Assembly (NCBI GenBank): GCA_907165135.1
Contig: OU015570.1
Coordinates: 372,001 to 436,000 of the forward strand
DNA from: Oikopleura dioica
Taxonomy: Eukaryota > Animalia > Chordata
Direction of reading: 5' to 3'
Length of the DNA stretch: 64,000 bases
Of the stretch, positions 12,393 through 23,866 are shown one piece after another. The notes beneath the pieces are model-generated. The model was not told where the DNA came from. It saw nothing but the letters and a program-made list of their open reading frames with translations, and did no database searches. The position numbers and the translations under genes were made by a program. Position 1 is the stretch's first letter. Every line of letters starts with the position of its first letter.

Positions 12393-13029
12393 GGGACCAC
12401 CCGCAGCGAGCTCGCGCCGCTTTTCACGAGCCCAGAACTTTTTCTTACCTTCTTCAAATTTAATGAAAATCACTACATCTAGTGCAGATTTTTCTTCTCT
12501 TTCATCTCCAATTCGAATTTTTCATATCATAATTTATGAACTCAGGAGAGAAAAATGATGCTCAACTTCAAAAGGCATCAGCTCCTAAAATACTTGTCAC
12601 TTGAAGTTTAAAATACCCTCATCAAAAAGCGCATTCAATTTTGACCAGGTCTACGTTCGCGTGGTCTTCAAATTTTGTTTGTATACGATCGTAATCAGGG
12701 GATTTATCAAGGAACAACCTTCGCGCGGCGGGGAATTTGCACTATTTTCGAATGTACACCAGGTGTACTACACCTGGTCAAAATTGAATGCGCTTTTTGA
12801 TGAGGGTATTTTTAACTTCAAGTGACAAGTATTTTAGGAGCTGATGCCTTTTGAAGTTGAGCATCATTTTTCTCTCTCCTGAGTTCATAAATTATGATTT
12901 GAAAAATTCGAATTGAAGATAAAAGAGGAGAAAAATCTTCACTAGATCTGTTATTTTTATTAAATTTTAGGAAGGTAGGAAAAGTTCTGGGCTCGCGAAA
13001 AGCGGCGCTAGCTCGCTGCGGGTGGTCCC
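12393..13029. mobile_element. Foldback MITE with TTAA target and GGG termini (Kolobok-like)
   Basis: Arms of ~300 bp are reverse complements (GGGACCACCCGCAGCGAGCT..); flanked by TTAA / CTAA. Confidence 0.85.
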
Positions 13030-13731
13030 CTAAGAGATAAAATTGAAAAAATTATCAATAAAAACCATAACAAAACTAAAAACGTGAAGAATATAAATTG
13101 AAACATCGGCTGGAGGTGGGCGGGGTTGGGGACGAAACTAAGATTGATCAACTCAGACTTCCCAGCCTTTGTCAAGCCCCTTAAATTTAATAATCACGAA
13201 ACGGGGCTGAGACGGCCCAAAGGGCCGTCAAGCCCATTAAATTTAAAAATCACGGACTTAACAAAATGTTCATTGTATTATATTATTTTCTTTATTTATT
13301 GGTCTTCCAGCAAAGTGGATCTTCCATTGAAGGAGTCCTCCGGAACAGAAGGGTCCTCCAAGGTCACGTGGTCAAAAAGTGACCGGAAAATTCTTGATGT
13401 TAGACTTTATGCCAGTGATTATTGGTCTTCCAGCAAAAAGGTCTTCCAGTAGAATGGGTCCTCCACGGGCCACGTCAGAGGTCACGTGGTCGAAAAACCT
13501 AATTGATAAAGGTTATCATAGGTTCAACCTTCGGTCTTAGTCTTGTGGTCGGAGGACCTTTCTGTGAGAACCCAGTCAAACTCACTCCGCCTACGCAATT
13601 CGTTTGGACAAAATTAGCATTGTAAAATGTCCAAACGATTTGATCGCCTAGGGGGTCGGTCAGTCAGGAATGATAATCGCGGTAGTTTACAGTTGATTGT
13701 ATTTGTTGAGTGTATCAAAGGGTGAGGTGTA

Positions 13732-14660
13732 TCAAAAGGCGTCTCTTTTCGAGTGTCTCAGTTTTAGAGTGTCAAAAGTCAGAGTGTCAAGAATCAGAGT
13801 GTTGAGGTGTGCCGAGGATTCGCGGAGAGGGTCGTTTACGATATTTGCTCGTGTGCGCCGATGCGCCGGCATAAGTCCGTATTCAGCATTTCCGACAATC
13901 TCTTCAGTCACAATCATAGTCCGTCATGAATATTATATTCTGCTTGAAAAAATCGTCGTCAAATTCCTCGAGCCTGGGATCACAGTAGAATCGTTCGAAT
14001 TCATCGAAGAATTGAAACTTGTACGGAACAAGTGATTTCTCGTGCTCGATTTCATATTTGATTTTGAAGTTTCGTGCAGCTTGACGTAAATTTCTTTTAG
14101 CCGATCCTCCAAAAATGATATCTTTGATTTCCGTGTCAGTAATTTGTCCTTTCAATCTGTGCGCAAGTTCTCTTGTCGCTATCGGGTTCAATTGCAATTC
14201 ACTTTTTCGGTATTCGTAATACAGTTTTTATGGAATTTTTGGACATCAAATTTTTGGACCTTTTTGCAATTTTAAGGGGTTTTCTTGGGACACTTTTCAG
14301 AGGTGCCTGTATCAAATTTTTGGACATTTTCTGCGCCAAAATTTCAAATTTTCTGTTTTTCTGCCAGATATGACGTTTTTTTCTCATCAAAAATCATACT
14401 TTTTATTTGAGAAAGATAAGATTGAAGCTTGATCTCGTACCCCTAAAACATTTTTTGTCTTTCGAAGAAGAATGATGCAGAGCATGATGGAGATTTTCCT
14501 CAAAAAATTTTTTAACAGATTTGGATGGGACATTTTTGTCGGCAGCGTGTATCAAATTTTTGGACATTTTTACGAAAATCTTGGGACAAAAAATGTCCAA
14601 AAATTCCATAATTAACTGTATATCCAATACTTAAAACATCCATATGACTTTGTCAAGAAA
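13732..14660 (-). pseudogene. Degenerate ORF of uncertain family inside an old element
   Basis: Removing MITE 14222-14618 gives SHMDVLSIGYYEYRKSELQLNPIATRELAHRL..NLRQAARNFKIKYEIEHEKSLVPYKFQFFDEF. Resembles either a psq-type HTH or a protein-primed polB segment; unresolved. Confidence 0.3.
14222..14618. mobile_element. Tc1/mariner-type MITE (TA TSD)
   Basis: TA|CAGTTTTTATGGAATTTTTGGAC..GTCCAAAAATTCCATAATTAACTG|TA; inverted copy at 60975-61373. Confidence 0.88.
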
Positions 14661-15677
14661 CTTTTAATTTTACACATGATATCGAGAGAAAATCGGCAAA
14701 TTTTTCGGACTGCCAGAATAACGAGTATTTCGCGTAATTCCTGAAAAAATAGCTCGTAATTCCCGCAGTCGACTGTAGTCAAAATGTTAAAATAATTAAA
14801 ACCATTAATTTAGGGTGCCAGCAAGGAATTTCTCAATCAAATTCAGATCTTGCATAAAATCACTAATTTATTGAGCGCGCGACGGGCCAAAGCCCTTACG
14901 CGTGCATTTTCTGGTAGAGAACTCATTGGGTTTGCGGGGCTCAACTCTCGCTCTTGTTCAGAACTCTTTCCTTGGTCATGGTTTTGTCGATTGATAGTCG
15001 ATTGGTTCCGGACCAGCCGACGCTTGGCGATTCAGTACCCCCCCCCGCCGGCTCGCATCTTCCCATTGGATTTGAACTCGCACATCTAGAGAAAGTTTGC
15101 GTTGTGCGTGCATGCTTTCCTTTTTTGTTTACAATTTCTTAAGTTTTGGCAGAATCCATTTTGTCCCAAAATTTCAGCCCTCTATCTCACCGGGATTACG
15201 ATGCTGATTTTTCGCGCGCTGGCCCTAGTCATAAGCGCGGTAAAAAGATCCACGATTGTAAGTTTTTGAAAATTCGCTCTGTTTAGCCTTCCCTAGCCTT
15301 GCGATTTTATCGCCCGATTTCGAGCCGTGTTCTCCCGTAAACCAAATATATCATAAAATATGATTAATATTATTTGATTCAATATAAATGCTTGTTATTT
15401 TTTTTGTCCTTAAATAGTCATAAAATTGTCGCCGCTTTCAAACGAGTTTTTTCCAGCACTTATTTGTCAACAATTACGAGTCTGTCAAATAAATGTCAAC
15501 CTCGCTGCAGGAATTATGTACAGGAGCTATGGAAATCCGGGATGGTGTGTTCTTCTTCTTAAAAACTTAAAGATGATGGAATAATTTCAGGCAGGCATCA
15601 TCTTCAGATATTTGGAGAAAAAAGACCATCGATTTGTATCAATCTTTTTTCATTATTGGTGCAAGTAAAGTATATAA

Positions 15678-16755
15678 TAACATAGGTCATCCCCTTGTTA
15701 CCAGGATAAACGTCGGCGAAAATCTGAATTTAGCAGGATAGACCCGTGGCAAACGAGCCCCCACGTTAGCAGCATAAACTTTGGCAAAAGGGGTCATTGT
15801 TAGCAGGGTAAACTTGGGGGTAAAACCTGAAAATGGCAACAAGGGCAACAAAGGCAACAAGGGCAACAAGGGCAACATGTTGCCCTTGTTGCCATTTTCA
15901 GGTTTTGAGGACTTGGGCCGATTTTGAATTGTCTGTTGTTGTTGTTTTAGGAGCGCGTCTCTAGATTTGTTTTGAATTAATTTTCTTGCGTTATTTTTGG
16001 CTCAGTCAGGATAATGCAAGCAGGGGAGCAACAGCAAATACGAGTTTACAACGCTGTTTGTAAAATGAAACTAGATAATTGATCAAAATTTATAAATTTC
16101 TAATCAAATAATTAGCCATTTCGTCTGCTTCATGTACGTTCATCGCAAAAATATCAACATATAGAACAAGAAAATCCAAAAGAAATTAACAACGCTGTTG
16201 AGCACGCTGCGGGCCTGCGGCCCTTGCGCGCAAAATCTGGTAGAGAACTCATTTTTGCAGGAGGCCAACTTTCTCTACTTTCCCGCCTCCATCTCTTGAA
16301 GATGTTGTTTTCCTAAGCGAAGGAATGTTGCCCTTGTTGCCCTTGTTGCCATTTTCAGGTTTTGGAGACTTGAAGCTGTTTTTCAGATGCCCTTGTTGCC
16401 CTCGTTGCCCTATGTTGCCTTTGTTGCCCTTGTTGCCCTTGTTGCCATTTTCAGGTTTTTCGAACTTGGGCACCAAGTTAACAGGGTTGAATGAATCACC
16501 ATTGCTCTGCCTCACGGAGCGGGTTCGAATGGCGCGCAAATGGGTTTTGATTTCCGCCGCTGATTTCACGCTGGAGGCGCTCACTTATGATTCACCTACC
16601 CTGTTAATTGAGTGCCAAAGTTTACCCTGCTAACAATGACCCATTTTGCCAAAGTTTATGCTACTAACGTGGGGGCTCGTTTGCCAGGGGTCTATCCCGC
16701 TAAATTCAGATTTTCGCCAACGTTTATCCTGGTAACAAGGGGATGACCTATGTTA
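15678..16755. mobile_element. Foldback element with ~140-bp TIRs and internal 9-bp GGCAACAAG arrays
   Basis: TAACATAGGTCATCCCCTTGTTACCAGG.. inverted at 16620-16755; opposed 9-bp arrays at 15835-15895 and 16325-16450. Confidence 0.85.
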
Positions 16756-17579
16756 TAGGGTCCACGCTCAAAAAATAAAACTTTTGAAATATTGCTTTTG
16801 AGGTCTTTTCATCAATATGAAAGATGTAGATCTCGAACAATTGAGAAAAAAAAGCTTAATTTTAACCCGATATGAAAAAAGGTTGAGGAGTTACGAAGAA
16901 AAAACACCCAGAAAACCATAAAGATCGGCTCTTAAAAATTTAAAATTAACACAGGGGAAATCGTGGCCCTTTTTTAACGCTAGATCGACCATTATATTTT
17001 TGGAGAATGAAGTTCTTCGCCAGTAATCCCAGATTCAGGAAATGGTCGAGGTAAGGATTTGGTCGCGGTATGGATTTTGGTCGAGGTAAGGAAAATTTTT
17101 AGAAAATATTTTCAAAAACAAGAAATGAGAGTCTTGACAAAAATACGCCTTACTCTACCCCCCACTCAGCATATAATTTTGAACAATAACTTTTTTTTTT
17201 TTGATTTATCTTGACTTTACTTGAGTTTTCCTTCTCTTTTTTTTTTTGAAATGTTGCGCTTGCACCTGATTGGCGCAGCCGACTTTAGCAACGATAACTC
17301 ATTTCATCATTTTTTCAAAGAAGAGTTAAATTGAAAAAGTGAAAAAGAAGAAGAAAGAATGAACGAAAACTTTCAAAAAAGGAAATTGCTAGTTTTAATG
17401 CTTTAATCTACGACTTTAATCTTTTATACTGATGATTTCAAAAAAAATTTCGCGGGCCTGGAAATCGTCAAAAAACTTCTTGTCTAGTTTTGAAGAGCCG
17501 TGCCGTGCCGTGCCGCTCCATTCAGTGAATTTCAGTTTGGACACGGCACGGTGCCGCGGCACTGGGGTTAGGCTTAGGT

Positions 17580-18985
17580 GCAGCCCCGTTCCTTGATTTT
17601 TAAATTTAAGGGCTTGACGGCCCTTCGGGCCGTTTCAGCCCCGTTCCTTGATTTTTAAATTTAAGGGGCTTGACGGCCCTTCGGGCCGTTTCAGCCCCGT
17701 TCCCTGATTTTTAAATTTAAGGGGCTTGACTGCCCTTCGGGCCGTTTCAGCCACGTTCCATGATCCTTTTAATTTAAGGGGCCTGACGGCCCTTTGGGCC
17801 GCTTCAGCCCCGTTCCTTGAATTATTTATTTTTTTGGCTTGACGGCTCTTCGGGCCGTTTCCGCCCCGCTCCTTAATTTTTGAATTGAAGGGGCTTGACG
17901 GCCCGTCGGGCCGTTACAGCCCCGTTTCTTGATTTTTAAATTTAAGGGCTTAACGGCCCTACGGGCCGCTTCAGTCCCGAACCTTGATTCTTTTAATTTT
18001 AGGGCTTTACGGCCCTTCGGGCCGCTTCAGCCCCGTTCCTTGATCCTTTTTATTTTAGGGGCCTGACGGCCCTTCTGGCCGCTTCAGCCCCGTTCCTTGA
18101 TCACTTTTATTTAAGGAGCCTGACGGCTCTTCGGGCCGCTTCAGCCCCGTTCCTTGATTTATGAATTTCAGGGGCTTGACGGCTCTTCGGGCCGTTTCCG
18201 CCCCGTTTCTTGATTTTTGAATTTAAGGGCTTGACGGCCCTACGGGCGGGAAAACCTGAAATTGTCAACAAGGCCATCAAGGCCATCACGGCCATCAGGG
18301 CCATCGAGGCCATCAAGACATTTTTGAAGTCAACAAAAGTCCCCATAACCTGAATTTGTTAACGAGGCCATCAAGGCCATCAATTCTAGAAAGTTGCTTC
18401 TGGGGTTTCCTATAAGACAGGCGCGGAGCGCACACCCGCTTTATCTGCTTTCTGATCGTCGATTTTTGCTTCAGAAGTACTAAAATTGATCGGCTTCCTA
18501 AGCAGTGTCTTTTTCAGCAGCGGAAGCAATTTTTCATTCAAATTTTGAGTTAATAATTCAGCTACGGAGTTTAATCTGAAAACAAGAACGTTTCTAGAAC
18601 CATGCTTATAAAAACAATAACAACCAAATCTACAAAACTTCTGAAAACCTGAAATTGGGAATTGATGGCCTTGATGGCCATGCTGGCCGTGATGGCCTTG
18701 ATGGCCTTGTTGACAATTTCAGGTTCGCCCCTACGGGCCGCTTCAGCCCCGTACCTCGATTCTTTTTATTTTAAGGGCTTGACGGCGTTCGGTCCGCTTC
18801 AGCCCCGTTCCTTGATCCTTTTTATTTTAGGGGCCTGACGGCCCTTCGGGCCGCTTCAGCCCCGTTCCTTGAATTATTAATTTTTTTGGCTTGACGGCTC
18901 TTCGGGCCGCTTCAGCCCCGTTCCTTTATTTTTGAATTTAAGGGGCTTGATGGCCCTTCGGGGCGCTTCGGCCTCGTTCCCGGAT
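17580..18985. repeat. ~59-60-bp palindromic satellite array (also ~21082-22365, ~24460-25745; related units at 13200-13240 and 46630-46790)
   Basis: Unit GGGCTTGACGGCCCTTCGGGCCG(C/T)TTCAGCCCCGTTCCTTGA plus a ~20-nt AT-rich linker; about 11 units before and 4-5 after the inserted MITE. Confidence 0.95.
18247..18727. mobile_element. MULE-like foldback MITE inserted in the satellite (copies ~21629-22110, ~25008-25490)
   Basis: TIR AACCTGAAATTGTCAACAAGGCCATCAAGGCCATC (9-bp GGCCATCAA array); 9-bp TSD CCCTACGGG. Confidence 0.8.
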
Positions 18986-20190
18986 TTTTTAAAATAAACC
19001 GCTTGTCCGACGTTTGCGAGCTCTGGGCCTGTTTCTTCTTTACGCGACGGATGTGCTCTACAATATTGACTGCGGATTGCAGCGGCTTCTCACGCAGAAA
19101 AAAATGATCGCCCAGAAGTGACTCGGATCTTGAAAATCTCACTTCTCTGTCGAATGAGGCCCTTCTTTCCAGCTGACCAGGCCTGATGCTAAGATCTGAT
19201 GAGGAGTGTTTTAATGAATCGTGCATTGAAAGAAGTCAAAGAAGTCAAAGAGCGAGTATGCGCTTCGCGCCTGATTTTAGGAAATTCAAGGAGTGGTTAA
19301 AAACATCTGGTTTGCTTCTAGAATGTTGCCGTTGTTGCCCAACTCAGGTTATTCGAAAATATAGATTATTTTTATTCGGCCCTGTTGCCGTTGTTGCCGT
19401 TGTTGCCGTGGTTGCCTAACTCAGGTTGTTCGGGATAAACTGTCGCTCCACTGTCGTGGTTCTTGGTTCGAGTTGATACAGAGTAATAAATAAAGTGTTT
19501 TTTTCAAAAAAGGAGTATAAAATGAAGCCTCGTCGTGTTGTGTGCGCGCTCTATTCGACTGTGAATCTTCTGTTGATGAAGGACGAGGGTTACGAATGTT
19601 CTGGTTAAAAATAGGATTAAACGGAGGCTGCTGCGCGTCGTTATGCTTTGGTGGTGGAACTGAACCGCCGGAAAGTTGATGGAATTTTGATTTTTTCTTG
19701 AATCTGTAGCAAGGATCTTCAGGGCCACGACCAACAAAGCTATGCTTCACACCAAGCTTGATCTTTTTCGATTCCGTGTTTGGCTCAAAAAGCGTCATTT
19801 CCGACAATCATCTGAGATAGGCGAGTTTATTCTCATTACTCTGCTCCATTTCAGGAATTTTCGTCAGAAAAACATAGATCGCTCCGGAATTACTAAGTGC
19901 ATCAATGAGCGCGCCATTTTTCGACCATTAGATGGCCCTTAATCCGCCGGAAAATTCATTCTAGACGTTTATCTTTGCATTAAAAGTGGCATAGCCGGTT
20001 TTTCTTTATCATACTTCTTTATTTAATTCAATAGATCTTTTGTACAGTCAATGACTTATAATACTAAGATAATAATCGCCAAGAGTTTGTAATTTTTCAA
20101 TGTATCTTCTTGGGAAATTGCAGCTTAATTCAAAGAGGCCGTGTTTTACATGTAAAAGTGCACAAGTAGCAAGTAAGCGCCAGCCGAATT

Positions 20191-20487
20191 TTATCCGAGA
20201 TTCTGTTGACCTTCTCTGCTTGTGATGAATTCGTTGTCGGGGTCGAACGGATCGAATTCATCTCTGTAGGCAGCATCGTCGTCAACTCCATCGACGTCCA
20301 AATCAGCATCGACGCGGTAGCCAGCCATGAAACCTGAATTTATGATTTAGAATTTATAGTCGAAATTAATAACAAGGCTTCAATCAAAAAGACTTACCAG
20401 CAAATCCAACTGCTAAAATAACGAGAGCTGCAATGAAGCCAATAACAATTATGCAGCAAATTATTTGCTTGAGATTGTCTTTTTTGG
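20191..20487 (-). CDS. Small single-pass membrane protein with acidic tail (2 visible exons; 5' exon not found), copy 1
   Basis: AKKDNLKQIICCIIVIGFIAALVILAVGFAG|FMAGYRVDADLDVDGVDDDAAYRDEFDPFDPDNEFITSREGQQNLG*. A 64-nt GTAAGT..CAG intron (20334-20397) keeps the frame. Confidence 0.6.
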
Positions 20488-23400
20488 CTTTTTATTTGAT
20501 TAAAATCGTAAAATCATTAATTTATTAATTATGTGTAAAAATAAATCGAATTTAATAAAAGCCATTCCAAGACATCGTAATTGGAAGCATTTTTTTTTCT
20601 CTTTCTCTCTCTTTTCCTTCGAGAAAAGGGTTATTCGACCCTTCCTCAAGACTCATGATAGCAAAATTCGAATTCAGTAGCTTTTAAATCGCGTTTTGAA
20701 AGACTGAATCGAAGAAAAACCTATAAAAGGGGACCTGGAATCATCTTTACCTTTCATCCCTTTTCCGCGAATCAGGAGCTTCCGTAAGAACAACCCACTT
20801 TTTAGAATTCAAATAAAATGTATTATCATTATTAACAAATGAATTGAAATACAGTGTTGATAAGGATTTGATAGCAATGATAAGTGTTTCCAGCGGTGAA
20901 TTTGGCAAGCGGGCGAACAGCGCCGCCACGCGGCTGCGCGCTGTTACGTAATCGCCGCGCCGCCGCAATTTGTTTTTCTCTCTCGACAGTTTTTTGCATT
21001 TTTCTCGGATTTTTCTTCTTACGCGGTTAAATTTTTTTGCAGAAATGGATTTTTCACATGAAAAGTCCAGAATCCTTCGTCGTTTTTAATTTTGAATTTT
21101 AGGGGCTTGACGGCCTTTCGGGCCGCTTCAGCCCCGTTCCATGATCTTTTTAATTTAAGGGGCCTGACGGCCCTTTGGGCCGCTTCAGCCCCGTTCCTTG
21201 AATTATTTATTTTTTGGCTTGACGGCTCTTCGGGCCGTTTCCGCCCCGCTCCTTAATTTTTGAATTGAAGGGGCTTGACGGCCCGTCGGGCCGTTACAGC
21301 CCCGTTTCTTGATTTTTAAATTTAAGGGGCTTAACGGCCCTACGGGCCGCTTCAGTCCCGAACCTTGATTCTTTTAATTTTAGGGCTTTACGGCCCTTCG
21401 GGCCGCTTCAGCCCCGTTCCTTGATCCTTTTTATTTTAGGGGCCTGACGGCCCTTCTGGCCGCTTCAGCCCCGTTCCTTGATCACTTTTATTTAAGGAGC
21501 CTGACGGCTCTTCGGGCCGCTTCAGCCCCGTTCCTTGATTTATGAATTTCAGGGGCTTGACGGCTCTTCGGGCCGTTTCCGCCCCGTTTCTTGATTTTTG
21601 AATTTAAGGGGCTTGACGGCCCTACGGGCGGGAAAACCTGAAATTGTCAACAAGGCCATCAAGGCCATCACGGCCATCAGGGCCATCGAGGCCATCAAGA
21701 CATTTTTGAAGTCAACAAAAGTCCCCATAACCTGAATTTGTTAACGAGGCCATCAAGGCCATCAATTCTAGAAAGTTGCTTCTGGGGTTTCCTATAAGAC
21801 AGGCGCGGAGCGCACACCCGCTTTATCTGCTTTCTGATCGTCGATTTTTGCTTCAGAAGTACTAAAATTGATCGGCTTCCTAAGCAGTGTCTTTTTCAGC
21901 AGCGGAAGCAATTTTTCATTCAAATTTTGAGTTAATAATTCAGCTACGGAGTTTAATCTGAAAACAAGAACGTTTCTAGAACCATGCTTATAAAAACAAT
22001 AACAACCAAATCTACAAAACTTCTGAAAACCTGAAATTGGGAATTGATGGCCTTGATGGCCATGCTGGCCGTGATGGCCTTGATGGCCTTGTTGACAATT
22101 TCAGGTTCGTCCCTACGGGCCGCTTCAGCCCCGTACCTCGATTCTTTTTATTTTAGGGGCTTGACGGCGTTCGGTCCGCTTCAGCCCCGTTCCTTGATCC
22201 TTTTTATTTTAGGGGCCTGACGGCCCTTCGGGCCGCTTCAGCCCCGTTCCTTGAATTATTAATTTTTTGGCTTGACGGCTCTTCGGGCCGCTTCAGCCCC
22301 GTTCCTTTATTTTTGAATTTAAGGGGCTTGATGGCCCTTCGGGGCGCTTCGGCCTCGTTCCCGGATTTTTTAAAATAAACCGCTTGTCCGACGTTTGCGA
22401 GCTCTGGGCCTGTTTCTTCTTTACGCGACGGATGTGCTCTACAATATTGACTGCGGATTGCAGCGGCTTCTCACGCAGAAAAAAATGATCGCCCAGAAGT
22501 GACTCGGATCTTGAAAATCTCACTTCTCTGTCGAATGAGGCCCTTCTTTCCAGCTGACCAGGCCTGATGCTAAGATCTGATGAGGAGTGTTTTAATGAAT
22601 CGTGCATTGAAAGAAGTCAAAGAAGTCAAAGAGCGAGTATGCGCTTCGCGCCTGATTTTAGGAAATTCAAGGAGTGGTTAAAAACATCTGGTTTGCTTCT
22701 AGAATGTTGCCGTTGTTGCCCAACTCAGGTTATTCGAAAATATAGATTATTTTTATTCGGCCCTGTTGCCGTTGTTGCCGTTGTTGCCGTGGTTGCCTAA
22801 CTCAGGTTGTTCGGGATAAACTGTCGCTCCACTGTCGTGGTTCTTGGTTCGAGTTGATACAGAGTAATAAATAAAGTGTTTTTTTCAAAAAAGGAGTATA
22901 AAATGAAGCCTCGTCGTGTTGTGTGCGCGCTCTATTCGACTGTGAATCTTCTGTTGATGAAGGACGAGGGTTACGAATGTTCTGGTTAAAAATAGGATTA
23001 AACGGAGGCTGCTGCGCGTCGTTATGCTTTGGTGGTGGAACTGAACCGCCGGAAAGTTGATGGAATTTTGATTTTTCTTGAATCTGTAGCAAGGATCTTC
23101 AGGGCCACGACCAACAAAGCTATGCTTCACACCAAGCTTGATCTTTTTCGATTCCGTGTTTGGCTCAAAAGCGTCATTTCCGACAATCATCTGAGATAGG
23201 CGAGTTTATTCTCATTACTCTGCTCCATTTCAGGAATTTTCGTCAGAAAAACATAGATCGCTCCGGAATTACTAAGTGCATCAATGAGCGCGCCATTTTT
23301 CGACCATTAGATGGCCCTTAATCCGCCGGAAAATTCATTCTAGACGTTTATCTTTGCATTAAAAGTGGCATAGTCGGTTTTTCTTTATCATACTTCTTTA

Positions 23401-23569
23401 TTTAATTCAATAGATCTTTTGTACAGTCAATGACTTATAATACTAAGATAATAATCGCCAAGAGTTTGTAATTTTTCAATGTATCTTCTTGGGAAATTGC
23501 AGCTTAATTCAAAGAGGCCGTGTTTTACATGTAAAAGTGCACAAGTAGCAAGTAAGCGCCAGCCGAATT

Positions 23570-23866
23570 TTATCCGAGATTCTGTTGACCTTCTCTGCTT
23601 GTGATGAATTCGTTGTCGGGGTCGAACGGATCGAATTCATCTCTGTAGGCAGCATCGTCGTCAACTCCATCGACGTCCAAATCAGCATCGACGCGGTAGC
23701 CAGCCATGAAACCTGAATTTATGATTTAGAATTTATAGTCGAAATTAATAACAAGGCTTCAATCAAAAAGACTTACCAGCAAATCCAACTGCTAAAATAA
23801 CGAGAGCTGCAATGAAGCCAATAACAATTATGCAGCAAATTATTTGCTTGAGATTGTCTTTTTTGG
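23570..23866 (-). CDS. Small membrane protein gene, copy 2
   Basis: Same sequence as 20191-20487 at offset +3379. Confidence 0.6.

Noticed and set aside
13570-13585. CCAGTCAAACTC match to LSU rRNA (antisense)
   Set aside because: A 12-nt match with no flanking rRNA homology; expected by chance.
15687-16633. ORFs MLPLLPLLP.. / GNKGNKGN.. and similar MALMA.., MYRIG.., MEFLDIKFLD.. ORFs elsewhere
   Set aside because: They are translations of 9-13-bp MITE arrays or MITE interiors, not genes.
17580-18240. CRISPR-like array (palindromic repeat plus spacer)
   Set aside because: The spacers are similar AT-rich variants of each other, there are no cas genes, and the context is eukaryotic; it is a satellite.
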